Shown here: piece after piece, positions 49,092 through 59,830 of the stretch
How positions within the stretch are numbered: the stretch's first letter is position 1
Layout of the letters: each line of letters opens with the position of its first letter
Source: Candidatus Sabulitectum sp.
GTDB taxonomy: Bacteria > Fermentibacterota > Fermentibacteria > Fermentibacterales > JCC-6
NCBI GenBank assembly: GCA_023145375.1
Contig: JAGLDY010000007.1
Span: 4,391-68,390, forward strand
Length of the DNA stretch: 64,000 nucleotides
Direction of reading: 5' to 3'
Translations under genes and position numbers: made by a program
Notes under the pieces: model-generated
Told to the model about the DNA's origin: nothing
The model's input: only the letters and a program-made list of their open reading frames with translations
Database searches by the model: none

Positions 49092-51500
49092 GTGAAAACT
49101 CTTTTATCCATCTTTTTATTCTGTGTATTCCTTGCCAATGCAGGGGAACTGACAGTATCGGTTCCATTTGACGGGACTCAGCTGAGTATTGCCAGAGAGG
49201 GTCTATATACAGCTGTTTCCATCCACGGTATGCCCAGCATGTTCACACCGGGAACTCCAGCTCTGCCTGTCATGCCGGTTCGAATAGCTCTCCCCACCGG
49301 ATGCTCTGCAACCGGAGTGGAAGTTACTGATGAGAGCTGGGAGAATCTTTCCGGCCGGTATGAGATCCAGCCGTCCAGTGGTTGTGTCCCTATATCTGCT
49401 GGTATTGATCATGTACAGGCTGAACCGGATCAACATATCTACTCCAGGAATTCATACTTTCCGGAGTTACCTGCTGTACTTACAAGTTCCAGTGTCTACT
49501 GGGGAATTCCTGTTGCTTACCTGAGCGTTCACCCTGTGAGATGGAACCCTGCAACAGGGAATCTTCAGGTATTAAACAGTCTTACTCTGAGTGTTCAATA
49601 TGAAGAGGATGAATCCACAAGACTTGTGAGCAGAAGAACACAGGCCAGTGAAGACATGTCTATGGAAATATTAAGCAGACTTGTGCTGAACCCTGAGGGA
49701 GTAAGCGGCTCCGGTGCACAGATAGTTGCTCCCAAAGATCTTACCTATGGTCAGTATGTGATCATTACCCACCCTGACTACCAGTCTCAGGCTCAGGAGC
49801 TTGCCGACTGGAAAACAGCAAAGGGCATACCAGCCAGCGTTTACACAACAACCTGGGTTGAGGCCAATTACTCATTCACCGATCTTCAGCAGGAAATGCG
49901 TGCTTTCCTGACCGACTGCAGAGATGATGGTACAGACTATGTGCTGATCTTCGGTGATGACGACAAAGTCGGATGCCGTGATGCCCTTCTTGTTGGAAGT
50001 GCCAGCTACACGGAGATAGCTCCTGCTGATCTCTATTTTGTTGATATCAATGACACAGCTCCTGGTGCCGATCTATGGAACTCAAACGGCAACGCTATCT
50101 GGGGTGAAGTTCCCTATCCATATCAGTATCCACAACCTGCAAGTTATGACCAGGTTGATTACCACCCTGACCTCTGGGTTGGAAGGGCCAGCGTAAACTC
50201 AGTATCCGAGGCGGACATCTTCCTGGACAAGGTATTCATCTATGAGAGGATCCAGTCCGTGGATTACTTTGAAACTGCTCCCATTGAACTGAGAATAGGT
50301 TACACAACTGGAATTCTCTGGAGTTCCCCCTACATTCCCGGCAGTGCTGATGCAGAGTCTATCTCGACTTTCATCCCGTCTTCAGCATGGGAGGAAGAGA
50401 AGCTCTACGAATCCTCCGGCACCAACAACTATCAGAACACCATCAACATGATAGATGCCGGTCCTCATCATGTCTTCCATGCAAGCCACGGGAATATTAC
50501 TTCCATGTGGACATCTGCCAGCAGCAACTACACCACTGCACACATCATGGCTCAGACCAACATATCCAGTGGTAACCTACCAGCCATCTGGCAGTCTATT
50601 TCCTGCCTTATCGGCCACCTGGACGGAGCTGAATGCTGTGCTGATGCCTGGCTTAATTCACCCGATGGGGGAGGGTTTGGAAACTTCAACAGCCGTTACG
50701 GCTGGGGCAACTTTGCCGGGCCGTGTACCGGGCCCAGCGAGATGCTCTGCATAAGGTTTTACCAGGACCACTGGCAGAATGACATCTACACCCTTGGAAT
50801 TGCCCATGGTACCAGCATGGATTACTACAGCCCGCCGGACAGTATCTACATGGACTGGTGTCTGAAAGAGTACAACCTCTTTGGTGACCCGGAACTGCCC
50901 ATGTGGACAGAGGATGCGGCTGATCTTACAGTATCTCATGCTTCATCCATCAGCGGTAACACTGTTGTGAACTTTACGGTCACTTCAGGTGGAAATCCTG
51001 TTGAGAATGCCAGGGTCTGTATCCAGAAAGGAGACTGGAAAACCGGTGAGACCTACGTTGTGGGTTATACTAATGGATCAGGTCAGGTCAGCCTTTATGC
51101 AACACCAGCCACCACAGGCACAATGGGTGCTACTGTGTGGGCAAGAAACCATATTTCCTATCAGGGAACCATCACAGTTACCGGTGTAGGTACTGGAGAA
51201 GCTACCGCACCCGTGCCTGTGACAGAAAACAGGTTCAGTCCCCTGAGCCCCAACCCCGCTATGGAAACAACCTCGCTCTCATTCAGCGTTGCAGCACCTT
51301 CCATGGTGTCACTTGAGGTTTATGACCTTGGTGGACGCATCGTTACCACACTTGTTAGTGAGCAGATGACCGCAGGTGAGCACAGTGTTCTCTGGGATCT
51401 CTCTGATTCCAGCGGAAAGACTGTCCCAGCCGGGGTTTATCATGTGAGACTCAATACTACCGAATTCTCCGAGATCAATTCGGTGATGGTGCTCAGATAA
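49092..51500 (+). CDS. Peptidase C25 (gingipain) family cysteine protease with FlgD-Ig/T9SS-like C-terminal domain (paralog of 40100-42478)
   Basis: HASHG, SISCLIG, YNLFGDP, SPNP...VYDLGGRIV...WD...AGVY; start GTG 49092 (alternative ATG 49050). Confidence 0.9.
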   Translation: MKTLLSIFLFCVFLANAGELTVSVPFDGTQLSIAREGLYTAVSIHGMPSMFTPGTPALPVMPVRIALPTGCSATGVEVTDESWENLSGRYEIQPSSGCVPISAGIDHVQAEPDQHIYSRNSYFPELPAVLTSSSVYWGIPVAYLSVHPVRWNPATGNLQVLNSLTLSVQYEEDESTRLVSRRTQASEDMSMEILSRLVLNPEGVSGSGAQIVAPKDLTYGQYVIITHPDYQSQAQELADWKTAKGIPASVYTTTWVEANYSFTDLQQEMRAFLTDCRDDGTDYVLIFGDDDKVGCRDALLVGSASYTEIAPADLYFVDINDTAPGADLWNSNGNAIWGEVPYPYQYPQPASYDQVDYHPDLWVGRASVNSVSEADIFLDKVFIYERIQSVDYFETAPIELRIGYTTGILWSSPYIPGSADAESISTFIPSSAWEEEKLYESSGTNNYQNTINMIDAGPHHVFHASHGNITSMWTSASSNYTTAHIMAQTNISSGNLPAIWQSISCLIGHLDGAECCADAWLNSPDGGGFGNFNSRYGWGNFAGPCTGPSEMLCIRFYQDHWQNDIYTLGIAHGTSMDYYSPPDSIYMDWCLKEYNLFGDPELPMWTEDAADLTVSHASSISGNTVVNFTVTSGGNPVENARVCIQKGDWKTGETYVVGYTNGSGQVSLYATPATTGTMGATVWARNHISYQGTITVTGVGTGEATAPVPVTENRFSPLSPNPAMETTSLSFSVAAPSMVSLEVYDLGGRIVTTLVSEQMTAGEHSVLWDLSDSSGKTVPAGVYHVRLNTTEFSEINSVMVLR

Positions 51501-51517
51501 CAACAATTGTTCTGAAT

Positions 51518-51548
51518 GCCCGGGGAGGCAGATCCCTCCCCGGGTTTC
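51518..51548. terminator. Terminator hairpin between convergent genes
   Basis: GCCCGGGGAGG-CAGATC-CCTCCCCGGGT followed by TT. Confidence 0.7.
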
Positions 51549-51577
51549 CATATCTCTACGGGAACTGGGAATTGAGA

Positions 51578-52066
51578 CTACCTGTAAATTGAGAGCTCCC
51601 GATCCCTTCTTTTAGAATCGGTGTCTGTGATGGATTTAACAGCTTTGATGCTTCCGATGTATTCTTCAGGCATTCCGTTCTCTATTGCTCCTTCAATAAC
51701 ATGCTGTTTGTACCAGTGATATGGCATGAGAGAGGAATCAATACTGGTGGCATAGTAAGTAAACGCCTCGTACGACCTGTCATCGATCTTCACGGAAACA
51801 TTCTTGATGTCATAACCTGAACCAAGACCCTCGATGATGTCGAGAATAGGTTTTTGTGATTCTGTAATATCATAGAGTACACCTAGAACAAAGTCATCAG
51901 GGTGTCCGGTTTCCTTGATGTCGCATTTGGCGCTTCCATCGGTTTTGCTTAGCTTGTGAAAACAGAGCTTGTGATCGGAAAGCATGGCCACACCTATCTT
52001 TGAAGCCCTGATCCGTTGGAGCAACCGTTTCTCTGACATATTTGAGCCAAAGGAAAAATAAAGCAC
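51578..52066 (-). CDS. Gamma-glutamylcyclotransferase (AIG2-like) family protein
   Basis: YFSFGSNM, VLGVLY, LDIIEG; GTG start after GAGGGG. Confidence 0.88.
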   Translation of the reverse strand: MLYFSFGSNMSEKRLLQRIRASKIGVAMLSDHKLCFHKLSKTDGSAKCDIKETGHPDDFVLGVLYDITESQKPILDIIEGLGSGYDIKNVSVKIDDRSYEAFTYYATSIDSSLMPYHWYKQHVIEGAIENGMPEEYIGSIKAVKSITDTDSKRRDRELSIYR

Positions 52067-52151
52067 AACACCCCTCTTCGCTCTAAAAATACAATACACA
52101 AGTCCATAAAACACACCATACATATCATAAATTATTTGATCTTCTTTGTCA

Positions 52152-52708
52152 TCACCTTACCTTAACGGCTGTTCCGTGATCCCCGTACCAGTATTTCTTT
52201 GCGGATCTGTTAAAATGCTCAAACGGGATGAAGAGACCCAGGAACCCCCGGAGAAGAATAGGGGAGTAGTGCCAGTCCCCATGTTTGTCGAATTTCCGTG
52301 CGGAGGTTATTGCCCTTGCAGAGTGAAGTTTATCAGCTTCTGCTTTCTGGAGTGTCCAAGTTGTTTAAGATTCATTGGGAATTGAACATCCTCCGCGAAC
52401 AACACCTGCTTATCATAACCGCCGGTGGCAATGAAATCTCTCTTGCTGCAGAATACCGCGTCTGTATCAATTCCGGTTATCCACAGCATTGGTACCATAG
52501 CCCAGTAAGAGAGAGCAATCCCGGGAGACATCCTTTCCATTCTTATTCCGGTAGCTCCGCCTATGATCCGGGGCTTGAAAGCGCATTTTCAACTCCATTG
52601 AATGTGTCCGGATGGATCAGGCTGTCTGCATCTACGAACATCAGTATCTCACCCAGGGTTGCTGCAACGCCAGCATTGCGGGAAGCGGCAATGATCCGTT
52701 CTTTATCG
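52152..52708 (-). pseudogene. Glycosyltransferase family 2 remnant (5'-truncated, two frameshifts)
   Basis: Three frames give IAASRNAG...GEILMFVDADS / IIGGATG...GGYD...FAEDV / AITSARKFDKHGDWHY...KYWY. Confidence 0.8.
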
Positions 52709-53002
52709 TCAGCCACAGATCGCTCTGTCCAAATCCATTTTCTGTATTCCCGAAATAGAGAGAATCACCGTCAGAAGTTGAATAGAGTTTACCTGTACAA
52801 TAGTCTTCGTTTAGTTGCTGTCCTGTATTCTGGAATCAATAGGGTTGTAATTCCCCTGCCTGGCAGAGCAGAACCAGAGAGTGTTGTCAGAGAACCGTCC
52901 AGATGGAAGCTGTCTTTCTGCACTACCAGATGCCTCAGAACACCCTGTTGCAAGGAAAATACAGGCTATCAGGCTTGTAGAAAGTACAGTGGTTTTACAC
53001 AC
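52700..53002 (-). pseudogene. PD40/TolB-like beta-propeller lipoprotein remnant
   Basis: Lipobox LATGC; TLWFCSARQGNY; after a frameshift, GQQLNEDY...SDGDSLYFG...GFGQSDLW; then truncated. Confidence 0.6.
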
Positions 53003-53214
53003 GGAAACCTGTTATCACTCTAAAACCAGTGAAGTATCCCGTCTAGTATTTCATCTTAAGATAAAACAATGTACCCGGATAAGAAATCCTTACTGCTTGT
53101 GGGACATCTACTGAGAAAATGGTTTTGGTACAATGTTTTCCTTGTCCTCTTCTTCCTTGGAAATGTGACAAAGGAATCTATTTTTGTTAAATTGAGAGGA
53201 ACAGGAGGTGAAGA

Positions 53215-53652
53215 ATGATCCACAGAGGGGTTGTGCTGGAACTTGATGACGGGAACGCGAAGATCGTTGTTGGAGGAGGTGAAGGCTGTAGCAGCTGTGC
53301 CTCAAAGGAAAGCTGTGTGTCTATTACGGGAACAAGCCCTGAAGAGAAGATAATAGTCACAGAGAATGTGCTTGGTGTTGCAGTTGGTGATGTGGTCGAA
53401 CTTGAACTTCCAGTGGCTATAACCATGCGGATCATTGCTTTGACTTTTCTGGTACCTGTGGCTCTTTTGTTCGTCGGGTACTGGATAATGATGCCGGCTG
53501 GGGTTACCCAGGGGGCAGTTGGAGCTATATCCGGGCTCCTTATTGGAATGGGAATAGCTCTGGGTGCAAACAGAACCCTGGGGAAGCGTTCAGACTACAG
53601 AATGAGAATGACAAAACTAATTGCCAGGTGCAGTGAGGAAGTGGAAAAGTGA
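53215..53652 (+). CDS. RseC/MucC family protein (SoxR-reducing system-like)
   Basis: CSSCASKESC, VAVGDVVEL, two C-terminal TMs. Confidence 0.85.
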   Translation: MIHRGVVLELDDGNAKIVVGGGEGCSSCASKESCVSITGTSPEEKIIVTENVLGVAVGDVVELELPVAITMRIIALTFLVPVALLFVGYWIMMPAGVTQGAVGAISGLLIGMGIALGANRTLGKRSDYRMRMTKLIARCSEEVEK

Positions 53653-55082
53653 AACAGCTGGTTCAGAGAGCGGTTGAAATTCTCAATGACATCGGTGTAG
53701 ACTATGGTGATGTCCGGGCGGAATTGATCAGAACGGAAAATACAGACTTCCGAAATGCAAGACTGGATGATTGCAGAACAGTAGAGACCGAGGGAGTGGG
53801 GATCAGGGTTCTGGTTGGGGGAAGCTGGGGCTTCTCTGCATGTACAGGTATGAACAAAGACGATGTTGACGCTGCTGTGGAAAGAGCCGTGGACATTGCA
53901 AGAGCTGCAGGAAGCAGGGGAAAGGTCGAGCTTGCCCCTCTGGATATCCAGCAGGGAGTGTACTCCGGACCATGTGAGATAGATCCCTTTGAAATATCCC
54001 GTGAGGATAAGATAGCCCTGCTTCATAAAGCTTCAGACGAAATGATGAAGGATCCGCGGATCAAAAACAGTTTTGCACAGTTGTGGTTCGAAAAGCGTGA
54101 CCGGATAATAGGTTCTACCCGTGGAGACCTTATAGAGACAGATCTTGTCTTTTCCCAGCCTGCCCTCATGGCCACAGCTGTGGCCGGTGGTGATGCCCAG
54201 AGCCGAGCGCTTCAGGACGGAGCTAGAATTGCCGGCTGGGAATGGATAGAGAAGTCAGGAATAGGATCATGGGGCGAGAAAGCCAGAGAAGAAGCTCTTA
54301 TGAAGGTTCTTGCAGACGAGAGCCCATCAGGAGAAATGGATCTTATTCTTGATGGTCTTCACCTGGGTCTGACAATGCATGAATCAGTTGGTCATCCCAC
54401 AGAAAGCGATCGTGCTCTCGGTTGGGAAGCGAATATGGCTGGAAGAACTTTCCTTGACATCAGCCATCAGGGAAATCTTCGCTACGGCTCGGATATGGTT
54501 AATTTTCTAGCAGATAACACGCTGCCTTACGGTGTAGCTACCTGGGGCTGGGACGATGACATGGTGCCCGGAAAAAAATGGTACACAGTCAAGAACGGCA
54601 TTTTTCAGGAATTCGGCTCTGTTCGTGAGACTGCGCTTCTCATGGGAAAGAAAACAAGCACCGGATGCTGCAGGGCCATGAATGCCCAGTGTTTCCCTAT
54701 TAACAGACAGCCCAACTTCTATCTGGAACCTCCTGAGAATGGAGTTACTCCAGAGGACCTTGCTTCAGATATTGATCACGGGATCTGGATAGAGGGCAGG
54801 GGATCGTTCTCCATAGACCAGAGGAGAGAGAATTTCCAGTTCGGTGGGGATCTTTTCTGGGAGATCAGGAATGGAAAGAAGGTCAGACCGCTTAAAAAAG
54901 TTATCTACAGAAGTAGAACACCTGAGTTCTGGGGCTCACTTGACGGGATAGCAGACAAAAAATACTTCCGTACAATGGGGCTTCTTACCTGCGGTAAGGG
55001 TGAACCAATGCAGTCCGCCCGGATGACCCACGGAGCAAGCTACAGCCGATTCCGGGGCATTGAAGTTGGAGGTGGCAAATAA
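53649..55082 (+). CDS. tldD: TldD family metalloprotease subunit
   Basis: GVGIRVLVGGSWGFS, HESVGH, CGKGEP. Confidence 0.9.
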   Translation: MKQLVQRAVEILNDIGVDYGDVRAELIRTENTDFRNARLDDCRTVETEGVGIRVLVGGSWGFSACTGMNKDDVDAAVERAVDIARAAGSRGKVELAPLDIQQGVYSGPCEIDPFEISREDKIALLHKASDEMMKDPRIKNSFAQLWFEKRDRIIGSTRGDLIETDLVFSQPALMATAVAGGDAQSRALQDGARIAGWEWIEKSGIGSWGEKAREEALMKVLADESPSGEMDLILDGLHLGLTMHESVGHPTESDRALGWEANMAGRTFLDISHQGNLRYGSDMVNFLADNTLPYGVATWGWDDDMVPGKKWYTVKNGIFQEFGSVRETALLMGKKTSTGCCRAMNAQCFPINRQPNFYLEPPENGVTPEDLASDIDHGIWIEGRGSFSIDQRRENFQFGGDLFWEIRNGKKVRPLKKVIYRSRTPEFWGSLDGIADKKYFRTMGLLTCGKGEPMQSARMTHGASYSRFRGIEVGGGK

Positions 55083-56362
55083 TGACAAAGCAGGAAATGC
55101 TTGAATTTGCAGAGGCTGCGGTGAAAGCTGCCGGTACGCTTGACGCAGTTGCTGTACTTACAGAAAGCAGAAACGCATCGGTGCGATTCGGGCAGAACCG
55201 GATAACCCAGAATCTGGACGTTTTCAGGAGAGAACTACAGCTTACTGTGGGTGACGGTGAGAAGCAGGCAACGGTAAATTCCCAGAAGATCGATATAAAT
55301 GCTCTGCCTGGTATAGCATCTGAGGCCAGGGGTCTGCTTGCAACTTCAGTCCCTGATCCGGAGTATATGTCACCTGTACCCGAGGGGCAGGTGTATCCGG
55401 TGATCGAAGATGCCTGGGATGAATCAACTTCACAGTGCCACGCGGCACCGAGAATGGAAGCGGTAGGGCTGGTAATTGACACCGCTGCAGAGAACGACCT
55501 GCTGGCTGCAGGTATCTGTAGAATGGGTTACGAGAAAATAGCCCTGGCTACTTCCACAGGGAATCTTGTTGCCCACCGGTCAACTTCTTCAGGACTCTCC
55601 TTTACAATGGACAAAGGACTAGCGTCCAGTTACATAGCACTTAACGGAACTTCCTGGAGTGAATTGAACACAAACTCAGCTATCACCTCGGTTACTGAGC
55701 AGGTCAAGCTGGATGAAGGCGCAGAAGAGCTTGAGCCGGGAGACTACAAGATCATCCTGGAACCCCAGGCAACCTGGAACCTTCTGATGTTCCTGCCCTG
55801 GGTAATGAGCGCGCGGGCAGCAGATGAAGGAACTTCTGTTTTCAGCGGTATGGAAGGTAAAAAGTTGACCGGAGAAAACTTTACACTTTCATCATCCCTG
55901 CTGGGGGGACGGCCGGGCAACCCGTTCAATGGAGAGGGACTGCCTGCTGAAGACGTTGTGTGGTTTGACAGGGGTATTCTCAGGAACCTTCCATGCGACA
56001 GATTCACCGCAAAGAAAACTGATAGACCTCCATTTTTCGTACCTGATACTGTTGACATGGCTGGTGGTCATGGAACCGTTGAAGACCTGGTGGCCGGTGT
56101 TGACAGAGGAATCCTCATAAGGAGATTCTGGTACATACGATTCGTTGATCAGAAAACCCTGAAGCTTACAGGGATGACCCGTGACGGAGTTTTCCTCGTA
56201 GAGAATGGCAGGATCGTAAAACCGCTGAAGGATTTCAGGTGGAACTGGCGTCCACTTGAGCTGTTCTCCAATATGCTTCGTGTGGGTACCCCTGAGAGAA
56301 AAGCAGCTGGAATGGTGCCACCTGTTGTCTTCAGTGAACAGCACTATCCCTTTACTGATTAG
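55082..56362 (+). CDS. tldE: TldE/PmbA family protein
   Basis: VRFGQNRITQN, LEPGDYKIILEP, RFWYIR, LTGMTRDG; lacks HExxH. Confidence 0.85.
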   Translation: MTKQEMLEFAEAAVKAAGTLDAVAVLTESRNASVRFGQNRITQNLDVFRRELQLTVGDGEKQATVNSQKIDINALPGIASEARGLLATSVPDPEYMSPVPEGQVYPVIEDAWDESTSQCHAAPRMEAVGLVIDTAAENDLLAAGICRMGYEKIALATSTGNLVAHRSTSSGLSFTMDKGLASSYIALNGTSWSELNTNSAITSVTEQVKLDEGAEELEPGDYKIILEPQATWNLLMFLPWVMSARAADEGTSVFSGMEGKKLTGENFTLSSSLLGGRPGNPFNGEGLPAEDVVWFDRGILRNLPCDRFTAKKTDRPPFFVPDTVDMAGGHGTVEDLVAGVDRGILIRRFWYIRFVDQKTLKLTGMTRDGVFLVENGRIVKPLKDFRWNWRPLELFSNMLRVGTPERKAAGMVPPVVFSEQHYPFTD

Positions 56363-56390
56363 GAAATGCATATGGAGAGTTTCGCTGTGA

Positions 56391-58883
56391 TCAACTGACT
56401 CTTTGTCTGATCTTACTGGGGCATTTGTTGAGATTCTCCAGCAGTTGAATAAGAGCCGGCAGGAACAACAGGGCGCTGAGCAGTGTTGAAGCAATTCCCA
56501 GCACAGCAATGTGACCTATTGACCTGAGTCCGGGGTGGGAGCTTAAAAGGGAGCCTGAGAAGCCTATCATTGTGGTTACAGAGGCCATTGCAACATGTTT
56601 TCCAGTTGAGCCAAGCACCTGTCTTATCGATCCGCGCCCCAGCTCCATGTACCTGTGAACAATGTGTACTCCTGCATCATTACCGATTCCCAGCAGAACC
56701 GGCAGAACTATCATGTTGTAGAAATTCAGTTTTACTCCTGCTATCTCCATGAGCAGGAATGTCCACAACATGCCGGCGACCAGCGGAACAAGCGCAAGAA
56801 GTGTAAGTTGTACATCTCTGAAGTTCAAATACATCAGAAGAAGAACAAGAATAAATGTTGCCGATATTATCCAGGGGCTTTCCAGTTGAAGCAGTCTCAG
56901 CATTTCTGCAGCTACCAGGGAAGTTGAAGTAGAGTGGTAAACTGTACCATCTGCCAGTTCAACGGACCCGATTGCTTCACTGAAAGCAATTGAATTGCGC
57001 CCATCAGAAAGACCCTGTTCAGGATATATCATTATGAACGATCCAAGAGTCCCGTCCCTGGAAGTAAACATGTCTGTGAGATAATCAGGAACATCTGACA
57101 GTTGAACTGGTTCAGTGGTCTGCGAAGCCTCTCTCAGCCTTTGCAGGTCCTCATTGTCGCTGAGTTTAAAGAGGGGGCTGTCCAGCAGTTCGCGGATCTC
57201 AGCCAGGCGTGCAAGTCGGGTGGCTTGTGTTTCGGGATCAGTCGGGAATCGTTCCTGAAGAGCCTCTACTGAGAGAATCGTGGTATCACTGTCTACTCTT
57301 GATCTCAATTGCTCAAGAAGGGGCTCAACGTCTTCAGGGTCTTCAATAAGAATGAATGCGGGATTTCTGTAGTTTGAAGTGGGGTATACACGGCTTATCA
57401 CCTGGTGCCTGTTCTCATATTCTTCAAAAACAGGCTCAAGGGTATCAAAATCATACTCAAATGTAATGTTCGGGGTAAGGACAACTGCAGCGACAACTGT
57501 TACCAGACTTAACACTACGACGGAAACAGGGGCTGGAAAAGGTTTTCCCCCATTCTTCTTTTTGTGTGGCGAAGCCGGTTGCAGCGAAAGAAGAAATGTT
57601 CTTTCAAAAACCACAAGAAGGGCAGAAAGTACGAAAAGCATTGAGATAAGTCCGAAGATGATCCCGGTGCACGCAATGAAGCCAAACTCCGAGAACCCTT
57701 TGAAATCCGCAAAGATGAGAACAAAGAGAGATATTGCAGTGGTCAGCCCTGCTATGGTTATAGCCTGTCCGGAACTCTGGAAAGTAGCAACAACAGATTC
57801 CTCAACGGATCTGCCCTCAGCACGCTCTTCAGAGTACCTGGCATAAAAGTGAATACCGTAATCAATACTGAGCCCGAAGAGGATCAGTCCAAGAATGGAA
57901 GTCATCATGTTAAGAGAGCCGTAGACAATCTGAGCAAGGCCGAAGGTCCAGAGCAGGGAGAGGATCAGTGGAATTCCGATCAAAGCAGCTATTACAGGGA
58001 TCCGGGTTATCAAAAGGAGTATTGTCCGCAGATCATTCTTTTTTTTCGCCTTGGCATAGTAGGCTTTTACAAAGAAATATCCGGTAACCAGCAGCAGAAT
58101 TACAACCACGCCCAATCCGAAAGAGCTGGTAACCTCATCGGTTATTGCATTCACCTCCACCATCTGTCTCTGCAGGCGGCCACCCATGACAATCTCCATG
58201 TCAGGTTGATAGGACTGAGGTTCCAGAACAGAAGACAGAGAGTCCAGCATGGCAAAAGCACGCTGAATGTATCCAATATCTGTTTGTGCATTTGCCGGAT
58301 AAAAGCGCAGCACCATTGTCAGGCTGTCGTCTGAGATCGGATACTCCCGGGTTGCGACATTCTCGAAGAATGAGCCCATGCTCAATGTGGATTCATTTTC
58401 TTCCGATTGCATAAGGTGCTCAAGGGAGGTCATCTCAGCCAGGAACTCGATGAGGCTTTCAAGTTCCGAATCGGTAGCAAAGTAAAGAGCATTGCTCTTC
58501 AGGAATGAAATATCCCTGCGGTAGTCTACCCGGGTGAAATAGGGCTCTCCATCAGGTTGTCTCTGATCCAGGACCATTGGAATAAGGTCTTCTGCAAATC
58601 TCCTGTTGCTCTGAAAGGATAAGCTGGTGATAGCAACAGCTGCAGAGGTTTCTCCACCAACTGTTGTGCGGAGTTTCTCCATGGTCTGAACAGTTGGATT
58701 CTGTTCAGGAAGCAGGTTCGAGATATCAGTATCAATGGATAACTTGATGCTGCTGAAAAAGCCCAGTACACCAAGCAGTATGCCGATTGTAATGATCAGC
58801 ACAGGTTTTTTTACCGTGAAGACCACTAGAGGTCTCAGGGTGCTGAAGAGCAGATCAACCGGCGAGCGGTGTGGCTTACTCAT
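56391..58883 (-). CDS. MMPL/RND family lipid exporter
   Basis: Two repeats with GLSIDYGIH and GIGNDAGVH motifs; 12-TM pattern. Confidence 0.9.
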   Translation of the reverse strand: MSKPHRSPVDLLFSTLRPLVVFTVKKPVLIITIGILLGVLGFFSSIKLSIDTDISNLLPEQNPTVQTMEKLRTTVGGETSAAVAITSLSFQSNRRFAEDLIPMVLDQRQPDGEPYFTRVDYRRDISFLKSNALYFATDSELESLIEFLAEMTSLEHLMQSEENESTLSMGSFFENVATREYPISDDSLTMVLRFYPANAQTDIGYIQRAFAMLDSLSSVLEPQSYQPDMEIVMGGRLQRQMVEVNAITDEVTSSFGLGVVVILLLVTGYFFVKAYYAKAKKKNDLRTILLLITRIPVIAALIGIPLILSLLWTFGLAQIVYGSLNMMTSILGLILFGLSIDYGIHFYARYSEERAEGRSVEESVVATFQSSGQAITIAGLTTAISLFVLIFADFKGFSEFGFIACTGIIFGLISMLFVLSALLVVFERTFLLSLQPASPHKKKNGGKPFPAPVSVVVLSLVTVVAAVVLTPNITFEYDFDTLEPVFEEYENRHQVISRVYPTSNYRNPAFILIEDPEDVEPLLEQLRSRVDSDTTILSVEALQERFPTDPETQATRLARLAEIRELLDSPLFKLSDNEDLQRLREASQTTEPVQLSDVPDYLTDMFTSRDGTLGSFIMIYPEQGLSDGRNSIAFSEAIGSVELADGTVYHSTSTSLVAAEMLRLLQLESPWIISATFILVLLLMYLNFRDVQLTLLALVPLVAGMLWTFLLMEIAGVKLNFYNMIVLPVLLGIGNDAGVHIVHRYMELGRGSIRQVLGSTGKHVAMASVTTMIGFSGSLLSSHPGLRSIGHIAVLGIASTLLSALLFLPALIQLLENLNKCPSKIRQRVS

Positions 58884-59062
58884 TACTCACCTGTTCATGT
58901 TGGTGAGCCAGGTATAGAATAATACCTACAATAGGTGGACGAAATGACGTAATTATTATACCCCCAGGAAATAATCATATTTTGTATTACAGGCCTATTA
59001 TAACGGCTGGGAAAGACAAGAGGTGTCTTTAATTATAGCTGGAAAATGCAGGGAAACGGTGT

Positions 59063-59830
59063 CTACCACTCGAATCTCATGCCGAAACAGGTTTCACCTT
59101 CCAGAGATCTTATGGGCTGGGTGTCGTGGAGATGGTGCCTGAAGAAAATAACAATGTCACCCTTATCCGTGTGATGCCTTCCGTAGACTTCTCCGAAATA
59201 CCTGCTACTTGACCCTCCATCAAGATGGAAGTAGATGTCCGAGTGCAGAATGGTTCCGTAAACCATCTCTCTGGCAGATAGAAGAGGGTAATCCACGTTT
59301 CCGTGCAGTGACCAGTCAAAGAGGTGCCCCTTCTGGAATGTCTCGCCTGTGGGACGGTAAAATCCGATGCTCACCTTGTAGTCAGGAACGGGACCTGCAG
59401 GCATGAATACGGCATGGTCTTCCATTCGTATATTGATATGATTTTCCACTCCGAGTTTCATGTTGTTCATGTACTGTCCGCTGGTGTCTGCCATATCTAT
59501 GTTGTGGAAACATTCATGATCGGTAAAAAGAGAAAAGAGCATGCTTCCGTAGTCAACACCGAAGAAGCCCCGTATGTTCCAGTGCCCGCTGTAGACATTG
59601 AAAGCAATGTCTGACTCTTTGCTGCTGGTTCCCATGTAGGTGTCTACAGAGAGTCCCACGCCGAAGGTTACCGGACCGTACTGTATCAGGGTAACTGCAT
59701 TCTCGATCTCTGTAAAAATGAACTGATCCTCGTCCGGCTGAAAGAACATCCTTGGTTCCAGGAAACCACTACTGTTTCCAGGAAAAGATAGATTCCAGCC
59801 GGACGTAAGAGCCAGCAGAAGCAGAACCAT
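59063..59830 (-). CDS. Hypothetical exported protein, probable outer-membrane beta-barrel
   Basis: Short hydrophobic N-terminus, beta-strand pattern, C-terminal GMRFEW; TGATG-coupled to the upstream gene. Confidence 0.7.
   Translation of the reverse strand: MVLLLLALTSGWNLSFPGNSSGFLEPRMFFQPDEDQFIFTEIENAVTLIQYGPVTFGVGLSVDTYMGTSSKESDIAFNVYSGHWNIRGFFGVDYGSMLFSLFTDHECFHNIDMADTSGQYMNNMKLGVENHINIRMEDHAVFMPAGPVPDYKVSIGFYRPTGETFQKGHLFDWSLHGNVDYPLLSAREMVYGTILHSDIYFHLDGGSSSRYFGEVYGRHHTDKGDIVIFFRHHLHDTQPIRSLEGETCFGMRFEW

Noticed and set aside
53127..53143. Sigma-54-like box before the rseC-like gene
   Set aside because: The -12 position reads TC rather than the conserved GC.
15664..58883. Calling the radical SAM/GT2/MMPL genes a hopanoid cluster
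   Set aside because: No squalene synthase or squalene-hopene cyclase in the window, and the family-level motifs are not diagnostic.
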